DNA of 64,000 bases from Candidatus Bathyarchaeia archaeon. Lineage in GTDB: Archaea > Thermoproteota > Bathyarchaeia > Bathyarchaeales > Bathyarchaeaceae. The notes beneath the pieces are model-generated. The model had not been told where the DNA came from and did no database searches. It saw only the letters and a program-made list of their open reading frames with translations. Both the position numbers and the translations under genes were made by a program. Of this stretch, positions 17,826 to 26,909 are shown piece by piece; position 1 is the first letter of the stretch; every line of letters starts with the position of its first letter. The DNA is taken from the NCBI GenBank assembly GCA_035283685.1, contig DATETJ010000009.1:332925-396924 (forward strand), read 5' to 3'.

Positions 17826-19967
17826 TCATGGGTTTTCCGGGATTATGCCAAGGATTTCGCAGTCGCCGTTTGAGTATACGACGTTCTGGGATTCTATTTG
17901 CTTTGAGATTTCAGATGCGTTCCACAGAAGCCCTAGAGCCACCATTTTGCCCTCAATCAAATTGATCCTTCGCAGAAAAACATATCCGTTAGAGGAGAAT
18001 TCGGTAACGTTAGACAACACAACGGAGTAGTCTCCAGGAATCCCACCATAGCTCGTTAAGACATGGTAGGTCGAAATGTAGTCGCCATACACCATTGAAT
18101 CTGAAACGTTCAGCTGCTCAGAAACCCATTGCGCGGCGGCAACCTCCTTGCTATCGGTGATATAGCTGTACAGCATAATCTTGTCCATTCTGTAACCGCT
18201 AAGAGACAGCGAGTAGCTACTGTCGCCGGCGACCTCGTACAGAAAGCCAGTCTCAAACAGAAAGAACGGAACGAGTACAAGTGCGATAAGGCTCAGCGCC
18301 TTGCCTTGAACTCTCTTTTTCAAAATGTAGGTGACGGTTGCCTCGCCCCCCATGACGCAGAATGGAGCTAGAAATAGAAGCGAGATTTGAAGAAATCGTT
18401 CCATGCGGAAATATCTCGCAAAGTTGGGAAGCGCAATTCCCATGATGAGTATGAGCAAGTTCATGTATGAAAGCATCGCGTACTCGTTGCCGAGGCTCTT
18501 TGTTTCCTTCTTGAACAACATCCTTGCGACGCCCACCACAATGAAGAACTCAGTGATGTAGAAGAAGATCCTGCCGACCAAATGGCCAAGAGATGATGCT
18601 TCGCCTGCCCCTGGTAAGCCTCTCAAAACAGTCGTCGTTCTGGCTAACGGGTTGAAGAAGTCAAGAAAGAAGTTGTGTGATATCTGCTCGCCCACCTCAG
18701 TAACTGCTTCAAATGGAACCGCTGCAGAAGAGAATATGTACCATGCAAAAGCAAGCGTGAATATCACGAGAACCGTGCCTAAATCAATTTTCGAGCTTCG
18801 CTTGAGGTCAGGGTAGAAGAATCGCCCAACGATAGGCAGTAGCCACACTGCCAGAATCAAGAACAGAAAGATGTATGACAGCGAATAATGTGAAACCACC
18901 AGACCGATACCGAAAAGGATGAAAAGAAAGCTTCGCTTAAACGTACTCAAGCGGTTTTCCAAAAGGACAATGAACAGCAAGACGTAGAAGAGCTCTGCGA
19001 CCATCTGTTTGGCAGGAAACCCGTCTATTGAAAAAAAGGCAAGATTGGAGATGAGGAAGAAGACCGACAAGAACGCGACTTCTTTTCTCATTCTGGCGGA
19101 ATACAGTTTGTAGAGGGCAAGAGGCACGAAAGCTAGGATTCCGGGGAACACAACCTTGAAAATCCAACTACCATCCAAACTGGTTACCTTGGAGTACATG
19201 GTGGGGAGAACTGTGACACTAAGCATGCCGTTTCCTTTTGCAATACGGTCGTCAAAGGACACCAAAGCTGAGTTCCAGTGTGAAGCATCATTGGTCAGTT
19301 CGAAGACATTGTATTCGCTGTGAATGTCCCATCCTATAATATAGTTAGTAATCAGAGACGAGTGGAACAGCAGAGCAATGGATATAGCTAACAATGCAGC
19401 CGGATAGAGCCTGTTTGGAAGCACTTTCTTTGAGATTACTCCTAGGCTGACCATAGCGACAATAAGAATCAGAGTCAGGAGCAAGACGAGGTTGCTGTTA
19501 AGGTTGTTAACTGCGTAGACCCCGAGGACGCTTAGAAATGGTAGGACAAAAAAAGGCGCTAAGTGATACAACGGATCGCCACTTAGAGCCAAGGATCTAC
19601 CATTCTTTAGAGAACCTAGCAAACATGGCAGGAGTACGATGATGTTGGTTGCCAAGAGAATGGGTGGTAAGGAAAGAGGATGTGTTATGCCCACCATGGG
19701 GGTGAGTTCGTTCAAAAGCAGACCTATGAGCATGAGCATAACTAAGCTTAGGCCAACGGAATAGAGTATGACTTCGGAAAGATCGCCTTCATCCCAGCTG
19801 AGCGCCTTGAGAATGACCAGTCCTGGGATAAGTGTGAGATACACGGCCCCGACAACTTGCCTAGCATATGGAACGTTCAGAAGCACAACAAGGTCTACGA
19901 GTGCTTGGAAAAGTAGAATAAACCCTGTGAATGACAATGAATGTCCAGCTTTTGACAAGCTAATCAA
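17826..19967 (-). CDS. Polytopic membrane protein with C-terminal soluble domain (DUF2206-like; polymerase or GT-C-like candidate)
   Basis: 713-aa ORF. More than 12 hydrophobic helices span the first 560 aa, followed by a roughly 150-aa hydrophilic tail. It sits between glycosyltransferase genes. Confidence 0.8.
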   Translation of the reverse strand: MISLSKAGHSLSFTGFILLFQALVDLVVLLNVPYARQVVGAVYLTLIPGLVILKALSWDEGDLSEVILYSVGLSLVMLMLIGLLLNELTPMVGITHPLSLPPILLATNIIVLLPCLLGSLKNGRSLALSGDPLYHLAPFFVLPFLSVLGVYAVNNLNSNLVLLLTLILIVAMVSLGVISKKVLPNRLYPAALLAISIALLFHSSLITNYIIGWDIHSEYNVFELTNDASHWNSALVSFDDRIAKGNGMLSVTVLPTMYSKVTSLDGSWIFKVVFPGILAFVPLALYKLYSARMRKEVAFLSVFFLISNLAFFSIDGFPAKQMVAELFYVLLFIVLLENRLSTFKRSFLFILFGIGLVVSHYSLSYIFLFLILAVWLLPIVGRFFYPDLKRSSKIDLGTVLVIFTLAFAWYIFSSAAVPFEAVTEVGEQISHNFFLDFFNPLARTTTVLRGLPGAGEASSLGHLVGRIFFYITEFFIVVGVARMLFKKETKSLGNEYAMLSYMNLLILIMGIALPNFARYFRMERFLQISLLFLAPFCVMGGEATVTYILKKRVQGKALSLIALVLVPFFLFETGFLYEVAGDSSYSLSLSGYRMDKIMLYSYITDSKEVAAAQWVSEQLNVSDSMVYGDYISTYHVLTSYGGIPGDYSVVLSNVTEFSSNGYVFLRRINLIEGKMVALGLLWNASEISKQIESQNVVYSNGDCEILGIIPENP

Positions 19968-19994
19968 TCCTCTTGCCCAGCGGCATTTGTGGGC

Positions 19995-21224
19995 TCATGA
20001 TAATGAGTTGTATTTCAAATATGTCTTCTCTAGCTGCTCAGAAAGCACTGTCCATGACAGATGCTTGACAGCCTTCTCTCTAGCCATCTGTCCCATCTTC
20101 CTCCACAGATCCATCGGTTGGCGCATTGCCTGCACAAGTTTATCCGCGAGGTCAGCAGAGTCGTTCGGTTTGGCTAGCCAGCTGAATCCTCGGGTAACTC
20201 TTTCGATTTCTGGCAGTGCGGTTGCGACTATCGGTCGACCGGCAGCCATGTAGTCCGCGAGGCGTAATGGGAACCGTGCCCGGTCGAAGATCGTATCCCT
20301 AATCGGTAACACCAAGAAGTTTGATGCACCGAAGTACAATGAAAGCATGGAAAGCGGTTGCCATCCCACGCAGCGTACGTTCTTTTCAATTCCAAGCGAC
20401 TTGATCCACGGAATGCATTTTTCGCTTCCCTTTCCCAAGAGAAATAGAATGGCACTTGGATGTTCTTTTAATGCAGACTTGTGGGCTAAGAGAAGGTCTA
20501 GGATTGGGTCGCCAGGCCGAAGCGGAACGAAAAACGTGGATTTGTTGCAGATGTAAATCATTACGTCCGCTGGCAACCCCAGCTCCTCTCTTGCTTTCCT
20601 CATGTCCTTAGGTCCAATTGCATCAGTGTTCGCTCCGTTTGGCAGCATGACTATGTCCTTTTTGTTCACTCCAACCTGAAGTGCCCTTTGCCGTAGGACC
20701 TCCGTTGTTACTGTAATCATGTCAGCGTAAAGCGGAGTCTTCTCTTCCAAGAATGTGAGTAATGGTATAACCATGTTGTTTGCTCCTTCCCCGTGAAACA
20801 AGTTCAACGAGCCGCCTCGTCCCATCCAATCGTCCCAGTCTACGAAGAGTGCAGGTCTTTTGGATCGACGTTTCACTCGGCAGAACATAGCAGGAATCGC
20901 GTTTTGAGGAAAAGCTGCATCATAGACATGTATTACGTCAAAATCCAGAGACGTTGTCCACAGGTTTAGACACGTCTGAGTGATAAGAGTAGATGCCCTA
21001 GCTGCGGTCTCTAAGAGAGAGTTACTGCTGACTGATATCAGCGAAGGAAGTGAGAGAATTTTGACACCAGCCACAACTCTACGGGAGGCATGTAACGAAG
21101 GACTCTTGCTCTGACATACAAGAGTAATGTCGTGTCCCCGAGATGCTAAGGGCATTCCAAGATTGAAGGCTCGCCAATAGCCTGCAACGGCCTCAAAGGC
21201 TGATGTTAGAAAGAGAATGCGCAT
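19995..21224 (-). CDS. Glycosyltransferase (GT4/GT1-like, GT-B fold)
   Basis: 409-aa ORF whose C-terminal half has FLVLPIRDTIFDRARFPLRLADYMAAGRPIVATALPEIERV. Confidence 0.8.
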   Translation of the reverse strand: MRILFLTSAFEAVAGYWRAFNLGMPLASRGHDITLVCQSKSPSLHASRRVVAGVKILSLPSLISVSSNSLLETAARASTLITQTCLNLWTTSLDFDVIHVYDAAFPQNAIPAMFCRVKRRSKRPALFVDWDDWMGRGGSLNLFHGEGANNMVIPLLTFLEEKTPLYADMITVTTEVLRQRALQVGVNKKDIVMLPNGANTDAIGPKDMRKAREELGLPADVMIYICNKSTFFVPLRPGDPILDLLLAHKSALKEHPSAILFLLGKGSEKCIPWIKSLGIEKNVRCVGWQPLSMLSLYFGASNFLVLPIRDTIFDRARFPLRLADYMAAGRPIVATALPEIERVTRGFSWLAKPNDSADLADKLVQAMRQPMDLWRKMGQMAREKAVKHLSWTVLSEQLEKTYLKYNSLS

Positions 21225-21256
21225 TCGCTTTGTCCCCGGGGGTAGTCCTGTATCCG

Positions 21257-22147
21257 TTAAGGCTGGTATCTGTCAAGATGAGCGGAGACAAAACCAAGTA
21301 ACCAAGCCATGTTCTTGAAACAATATTGAAAAGGCAGGAGGAAACTGATTTTTCGATGTGTGGCTTTATAGGCGATGTTTGCGTGTGTAAGCCCTTGGTA
21401 CAGAGCAGCTGGTGGAGTCTTTACCCAGGTAGGAAAGAACCCGTTGTACTTGTGATTGACGAAGTGACTCCCATAGCCATACCAGAGGTATTGACGCCAC
21501 AAGTCACGCCAAGTTTCTTTTGTTTTGTGAAAAAATTCGCCTCCGCTTGCGTCTAGTGCCCACCCTGCCTTCATCAGTTTGGCAGCAAGATCGATATCCT
21601 CACCTGCGCCCGTTATGTTTGTGTCGAAACCTCCTACTTGGCGCAAGGCGTTAAGCCTACAGATTGAGCCGCCGATGCCAACTAGCTTCGAAACGTCTGA
21701 TTTGGCGGTGGTTTGCGTTGGTTTATGCTCTGAGGCTCTCATGTTCTCAAGTTGCGCCGCAAGTCCCCCATTTTCAAGCAACATCCATTTGCCTCTAGCT
21801 TTGGCCACCTTTGGGTTTCTTTCCATGAACTCAACTTGCGTTCGCACATAGTCTTTGGATAGCTCCATATCGCCATCAACCCAAATGATGTATTTGCCTT
21901 TAGCGTTGTCCATGGCCATCTGTCTCGCTTTTCCAAGCCCAGCTCCACCCGTTTGAAGAATCCTTAGTGGAACTTTGGTTTTTTTGAGTTCTTCGATCAT
22001 AATAAGTATCGTGTTATCACTGCACCCGTCGTCCACCGCGATAGCTTCCAAAAGTTCGTGTGGCATGTCTTGATTTGCGACACTTCTGACCGCTTTTCTA
22101 ATCGTTGCACCAGAGTTTTTGACGCAAAGAGCTATCGAAACGAGCAA
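21257..22147 (-). CDS. Glycosyltransferase family 2
   Basis: 296-aa ORF with VSIALCVKNSG, AVDDGCSDNT and a WVDGDM (DxD) motif. Confidence 0.9.
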   Translation of the reverse strand: MLVSIALCVKNSGATIRKAVRSVANQDMPHELLEAIAVDDGCSDNTILIMIEELKKTKVPLRILQTGGAGLGKARQMAMDNAKGKYIIWVDGDMELSKDYVRTQVEFMERNPKVAKARGKWMLLENGGLAAQLENMRASEHKPTQTTAKSDVSKLVGIGGSICRLNALRQVGGFDTNITGAGEDIDLAAKLMKAGWALDASGGEFFHKTKETWRDLWRQYLWYGYGSHFVNHKYNGFFPTWVKTPPAALYQGLTHANIAYKATHRKISFLLPFQYCFKNMAWLLGFVSAHLDRYQP

Positions 22148-22158
22148 AAACCATCGCC

Positions 22159-23346
22159 TTATCCGCTTTCGAGCGCATTCACGAAGACGTCAAGTGTCTG
22201 CGCAACAATCCTATTCCAATCGTAATAGCGTTCCACATGTTCGCGTGCATTAAGACCAATACGCTTGCGGGTCTCTTCGTCTTCCAACAACTCGATGATC
22301 TTTTCTGCGAGGATGTTAGGATTCCCGGACGGCACCAACATGCCATCCTGCCCCGATGTAATTATCTCAGGAATTGCTCCTGTGCATGTTGAGACTACAG
22401 GCTTGCCCATGGCCATAGATTCCAATATGGTCAGTGGGCATTCCACTTGCGGCCAGAATTTGAATGGAAGGACGACGAGATCTGCCGAAGCCAAGTATTG
22501 AATCAAGGTGTCTTCGTCGAAAATACCTACTCGTAGTTCACTAAAACTGTCAAAGGTTAGTCGGCGCTCCGCTTTTGCGTCTTTTTCACGACCAAGTAGA
22601 AGAAGTTTAGCCGATGGCACTTTTCTCTTGATTTCAGGCATCGCCATTGTCAACGTGTCAACACCGCGGAACGTGGACAAGGGACCATAGTATAGTATTA
22701 TCAAGTCTTCCTTGGACAAACCTAGCTTCGCACGGGCGTCCTCCGAATTTAGCGGACGAAATCGCTGAGTGTCCACTCCTGAACGAATTGTCTCAACTTC
22801 AGCATGTATCCCAATCTCTTCCAGATACAGCGCTAAACGTTCACTCAGTGTGATTACCCGTCGAACTTTTGAAGCGCGCACCCATTTCCTGATTAGGCAA
22901 CGAGGAAAGACAGAGCTTGAGACATTGTTCCAGTACTTGAATAGTTGTAGCTTTTCTCTTAACTCTAGGCCGCGTAAATCGCGCATTGAGAGAGGACCTG
23001 AGTGCAGTGTCCACACGGTTGCGCTTGATATATTGTTTAGACGCGAGAGATAAAACGAGCTCCAAGTGTCGCTTCCATGCCAGTTGGTTACTTCGGCATG
23101 TTCTTCATCCACAGTCCTAGTTATCTCATGAGTGTCAAGAAAGAAATGCGAGCGTCCAACTCTCCTTATATGCAAACCTGCTATGTCTTCGTCATTCTGC
23201 AATGCATGCTTGCCGTCTGAGATGATCTGGACCTCGTTTCCGGACTTTTGAAGTCTCTTGGCTACCTCGACAACGTGTCTCCAAGGCTGTGCACGTGCTG
23301 AGTCAAGGGTAAGGCCCTCGCAAACGAAAAACACTTTCAACGTCAA
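22159..23346 (-). CDS. Glycosyltransferase family 4
   Basis: 395-aa ORF with LTILESMAMGKPVVSTCTGAIPEIITSGQDGMLVP. Confidence 0.85.
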   Translation of the reverse strand: MTLKVFFVCEGLTLDSARAQPWRHVVEVAKRLQKSGNEVQIISDGKHALQNDEDIAGLHIRRVGRSHFFLDTHEITRTVDEEHAEVTNWHGSDTWSSFYLSRLNNISSATVWTLHSGPLSMRDLRGLELREKLQLFKYWNNVSSSVFPRCLIRKWVRASKVRRVITLSERLALYLEEIGIHAEVETIRSGVDTQRFRPLNSEDARAKLGLSKEDLIILYYGPLSTFRGVDTLTMAMPEIKRKVPSAKLLLLGREKDAKAERRLTFDSFSELRVGIFDEDTLIQYLASADLVVLPFKFWPQVECPLTILESMAMGKPVVSTCTGAIPEIITSGQDGMLVPSGNPNILAEKIIELLEDEETRKRIGLNAREHVERYYDWNRIVAQTLDVFVNALESG

Positions 23347-23366
23347 TTACTCCAACGCTGGTCATC

Positions 23367-24029
23367 TCAGCTGCGTGGAAGGTGAGACAATGTTTGGGTT
23401 CGGATTTGACTGCAGTTGTGGACAAAATCTCGATTTGAGTCGATGATCACAAAATTGAACTTTCTAGCTAGCTCTAAGAATGCCCTTCTCCTCATCGAAA
23501 GTTGTTCGGTGTTGAATCCACGCCTTGATCTAGCCGTGGCCACGTTGACGTCTAATAGGAAAGTCACTGCAGGCTTAGGAACCATTTTTGTCGCCAACTC
23601 TTCAAAGGTTGACGTATAGAGCTGGCTCGCCCTGAGTTCCATAATCATGTCATACACGTATCGATCGCACACGACCACCAAGCCTCGGAGAAGGCGCACT
23701 CTGACGGTTGCTAGAACCCTGACCTGAAAATCTACTAGCAAGAAGAGCCGCCAAAAAACCGCCAGTGTGCCTTTCACTGTCGAAGGCGCAAACTCCAGCG
23801 GATCAGTGTACATGCCCTTTTTGGTCTTCTTCCAGTATCCGAGCACCTTTGTGAGACCAAAGAAGGCTAGTGAAAACACTGGTCGTGACGCTGCCCAAAC
23901 ATACGTGCAATTGTAACCCTTTTCGCCCAGAAATGCCACCAGTGATCTCGCGTGTGTGGTCTTGCCTGAACCGTCGATGCCCGTTAGACAGACAAGTGCT
24001 CCATTGCCCAGCTTCAAGATTTGGTGCAT
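23367..24029 (-). CDS. P-loop NMP-kinase-like protein (dTMP-kinase family signature) with hydrophobic insertion
   Basis: 220-aa ORF. The Walker A context LTGIDGSGKTTHA matches dTMP-kinase-type GxDGxGKTT. It is followed by hydrophobic stretches (PVFSLAFFGLTKVLGYW, LAVFWRLFLLVDF) not seen in classical Tmk. Confidence 0.65.
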   Translation of the reverse strand: MHQILKLGNGALVCLTGIDGSGKTTHARSLVAFLGEKGYNCTYVWAASRPVFSLAFFGLTKVLGYWKKTKKGMYTDPLEFAPSTVKGTLAVFWRLFLLVDFQVRVLATVRVRLLRGLVVVCDRYVYDMIMELRASQLYTSTFEELATKMVPKPAVTFLLDVNVATARSRRGFNTEQLSMRRRAFLELARKFNFVIIDSNRDFVHNCSQIRTQTLSHLPRS

Positions 24030-25249
24030 CCTTCAGTGATGAGCCTTGAGTAAACTTCCACGTACTTCTGCACGACAGTTCTGTAGTCATGGTTGCGATG
24101 TATGTTACTAAATGCGTTTTCTCCGATTTCCTTCCTCAGGTTGCCATCTTCCAAAAGTAGGCTTATTGCATTGGCAAGTTTTGGCACGTTCTTACTTGGC
24201 ACTAGATACCCGGTTCTCTTGTGTTCTATCACTTCCCTTGTAAAAGGGTAGTCAAAGGCTACTACGGCTTTGTGACAGGCCATGGTCTCCATTATAGCAA
24301 GGCTGGCGCCAACTTCCACCATGGTCGGAAAGACCGCCAAAGTGCTTCGGTTCATCTCCTTTATGAGCCTCCGGTAAGGCACGTGTCCTTCAAGCGTTAC
24401 GTTCTTTTCAAGCCGCATGGACTTGATCATTGTACGCAAGGTTTCCTCCATGGGTCCTTTGCCGAAAATCTTAAGCTTGACTTTTTCATTGGTGGCCAAA
24501 ACAAGGGGCATCGCTCGTATGAGGTACTCCACGCCTTTCGTGGCGTATAGACGGCCACAATTGAATATCGTGAACTCGCTGTCACTGGAATGCGAGTTGT
24601 TGTTTTCGTCCGATTCCTCACTCGCTATTGAGTGGATTCTATCTAGGTCTACGCCGTTTCTTATCAAAGTGACTTTTCCGGGGCTTATCTTACTAAAGCT
24701 TAGGAAGTCAGCTAGCCCTGCTCCTCCACAAGCAATGTAGTGGTCTGCCAACTTCTCAAGCCGTGTAAGAAAGTCAAAGACGGGATATCCGATAGTGTAG
24801 TAGAATGAATCCTCAAGGCTGAACTTCCATGGCTTTAAACTCAAATAGGTGACTAGGCGTCTGAAGTGATGATCATGAAACGATACAACCCAAGGCTTAC
24901 CAACCTTGTCTTTAACTAAGCCATAGATGGAACCTGACGAATGTTGACTGTGTACAACATCGAATTCGGATAACTTCCTGATTATTCTGCGCGCGTTTTG
25001 AAGTTGAAACCACAACACGCGAGGCGGAACATTCAAAATCGGAAGGCGGTACAGCGTCAGGTTGTCCGCTTCTCGGATAACTGTCGGTTTTGTAGCGCCT
25101 CCGCAGAACACGGTCACCTTTATTCCCATTGCTGAGAGATAATGCGCAAGGTCGTAGGTCTGAACATCGACTCCACCCCACATGTACGGAGGATATCCTG
25201 CAGATATAAGAGCCAAAGAACTAGGCTGGTTCACGTCCAAGCCCCCCAT
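24014..25249 (-). CDS. Glycosyltransferase family 4
   Basis: 411-aa ORF with FPTMVEVGASLAIMETMACHKAVVAFDYPFTREVIEHKRTGYLVP. Confidence 0.9.
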   Translation of the reverse strand: MGGLDVNQPSSLALISAGYPPYMWGGVDVQTYDLAHYLSAMGIKVTVFCGGATKPTVIREADNLTLYRLPILNVPPRVLWFQLQNARRIIRKLSEFDVVHSQHSSGSIYGLVKDKVGKPWVVSFHDHHFRRLVTYLSLKPWKFSLEDSFYYTIGYPVFDFLTRLEKLADHYIACGGAGLADFLSFSKISPGKVTLIRNGVDLDRIHSIASEESDENNNSHSSDSEFTIFNCGRLYATKGVEYLIRAMPLVLATNEKVKLKIFGKGPMEETLRTMIKSMRLEKNVTLEGHVPYRRLIKEMNRSTLAVFPTMVEVGASLAIMETMACHKAVVAFDYPFTREVIEHKRTGYLVPSKNVPKLANAISLLLEDGNLRKEIGENAFSNIHRNHDYRTVVQKYVEVYSRLITEGCTKS

Positions 25250-25252
25250 TTC

Positions 25253-25975
25253 TTAGATGGGCAGCAGCTTCATTCGCATCTCAGCCTTATCTAACTTGTA
25301 TCGCTGCTCCACCTCGCGTAGTTTTGTTTTGGCTTCTTTCCAGAAACCGTCATCGTAGAGCACTATGCCGTAATACAGAGCATCTAGCGCTTGAATGTCA
25401 AGTGCCTCCAATCTCTTCAAGAACTCCTGTTTCGAGCAACATCCGCTCGGCTCAATCCCCAGCGCCAAAGGTCTATCAGAAAGCATCGAAGCCGAACCCA
25501 CTCCAAGGAGTTTCTTAAGAGAAAAGCCCTCAGATTGTTCTGGCAAGTTGCTGGCAATAATTGTGACATCCACGTCACTTGATGGCTTCCACGATCCTTT
25601 TGCTCTTGAACCCAACACAATAACCACGTTCAGAAGCAAGCCTCGGCTCCTGAGTAATTTTACGTATCTAGAGACGCCGTCTGCCATGTCACGACCGGAT
25701 TCATCTGCGCCTAGGCGTGATGAGCCTGTGTATCGCGCTACTTTGGAGTCAGACCCTGTGAAGACTCTGTGCGAAACCATCCTGAAGAGTCTCTCCACCG
25801 TTTGCTTGACCTTTTTCTTAACTCCCCTCTTCATTGCCAGTTTCTTTTGGATTTGCCTGTCGATAATACTCATAGCTGACCTCTTTGGATCGTGAAGATA
25901 TTTTTCTTGCGCGAGATGAGTCAAGCCTAATGGGACCCTGCTTTCAAGTTCTGCTGAAGCATTCTTGGCTGGCAT
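25253..25975 (-). CDS. Nucleotidyltransferase (Pol-beta/MNT superfamily) domain protein
   Basis: 240-aa ORF. VIVLGSRAKGSWKPSSDVDVTII matches the GS-x9-13-DxD NTase motif. Its start lies 1 nt after the DUF362-B stop. Confidence 0.65.
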   Translation of the reverse strand: MPAKNASAELESRVPLGLTHLAQEKYLHDPKRSAMSIIDRQIQKKLAMKRGVKKKVKQTVERLFRMVSHRVFTGSDSKVARYTGSSRLGADESGRDMADGVSRYVKLLRSRGLLLNVVIVLGSRAKGSWKPSSDVDVTIIASNLPEQSEGFSLKKLLGVGSASMLSDRPLALGIEPSGCCSKQEFLKRLEALDIQALDALYYGIVLYDDGFWKEAKTKLREVEQRYKLDKAEMRMKLLPI

Positions 25976-25976
25976 T

Positions 25977-26789
25977 TCACACGTCTTGTTCTAAGATGGG
26001 GGGGATCACGTCTCCGCTGATTCTTTGGTAAATTCTCAGCAGTTTTAACTGCAAAGTCCACAGCTTTAAAGACATTCGACTTTGGTGTGGAAACTCCTTC
26101 TTAAACGAATGCAGTTCTTCCCCGACCACCGTAATGTCGTTGGGGTCGCCAAGTTTTTCTTTGATTGCAAGTTTCAGAAAACCAAGGTCATAAGGATTGT
26201 AGCCCATTATTTTCGACGCGATCCAGTCTAACGAGAATGGATTGCTTCCGGCCATTATCAGGTTTAGTTTGATGGGATGACTTCCAAGCGCTGTGGTTCC
26301 ATCGACTATCGAGACGTGGGGCTTGAGGATCTTGTTTGTGCCGACTATGGCCTCGTTGAGTACTGGGTGATACTTGATTTTCTTTGGTGTCCCAATGCAT
26401 CCGAAGATGTTTTTCATCGCACATGTGATATATGTTGCACGCATTGTCTTCAGCTTAGGTACGTTGATGAATAGACTGGTATTCAGAAGCGAGACAGGAA
26501 CCTCAAACATCAAGTCGTGACCGTTGACCCGCACCTTCTTGCTTTCTAAAGAATCAGTAGACAGGTTAAGAAGCTCTACTTTTTTTTCTTGGGCCAACTT
26601 CTGGTAGTTTAGCATTAGAAAGGCATGATTTGTGCGCATCGCGGTGGCGTCAGCCTCAGCGACTTGTATGGGTACGTCCCTACCAAATGTATCTCGGACG
26701 TAGTCGATTATTCCCGACACCACGCGCGGGTCTGTAGTGTAGCCTGTTGCTGGTTGCCAATAGTAGCAGAGGTTCACCTTGATGATCAC
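25977..26789 (-). CDS. DUF362 domain protein (paralog B); conserved N-terminus extends upstream to 26909 without a canonical start codon
   Basis: The 270-aa track ORF starts at a GTG. The 40 in-frame codons upstream (RETSSTVSLVRATVSDTGIQNSISEALNLINFSPHKPPKS) align with the N-terminus of paralog A. They contain no ATG, GTG or TTG. They run directly into the TAG stop of the upstream oxidoreductase. Confidence 0.75.
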   Translation of the reverse strand: MIIKVNLCYYWQPATGYTTDPRVVSGIIDYVRDTFGRDVPIQVAEADATAMRTNHAFLMLNYQKLAQEKKVELLNLSTDSLESKKVRVNGHDLMFEVPVSLLNTSLFINVPKLKTMRATYITCAMKNIFGCIGTPKKIKYHPVLNEAIVGTNKILKPHVSIVDGTTALGSHPIKLNLIMAGSNPFSLDWIASKIMGYNPYDLGFLKLAIKEKLGDPNDITVVGEELHSFKKEFPHQSRMSLKLWTLQLKLLRIYQRISGDVIPPILEQDV

Positions 26790-26909
26790 TGATTTCGGCG
26801 GTTTGTGTGGGCTGAAATTGATGAGGTTGAGTGCTTCTGAAATGGAGTTTTGAATTCCTGTGTCTGAAACAGTTGCGCGAACTAGACTTACAGTGCTGCT
26901 CGTTTCTCT

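Noticed and set aside
25395-25895. 166-aa plus-strand ORF
   Set aside because: It is antisense to the NTase-domain gene, which carries a real GS...DxD motif. It is a typical shadow ORF. The same reasoning applies to 9843..10259, 19768..20253, 49108..49629, 54707..55057, 44655..45011 and most other short track ORFs nested inside longer genes.
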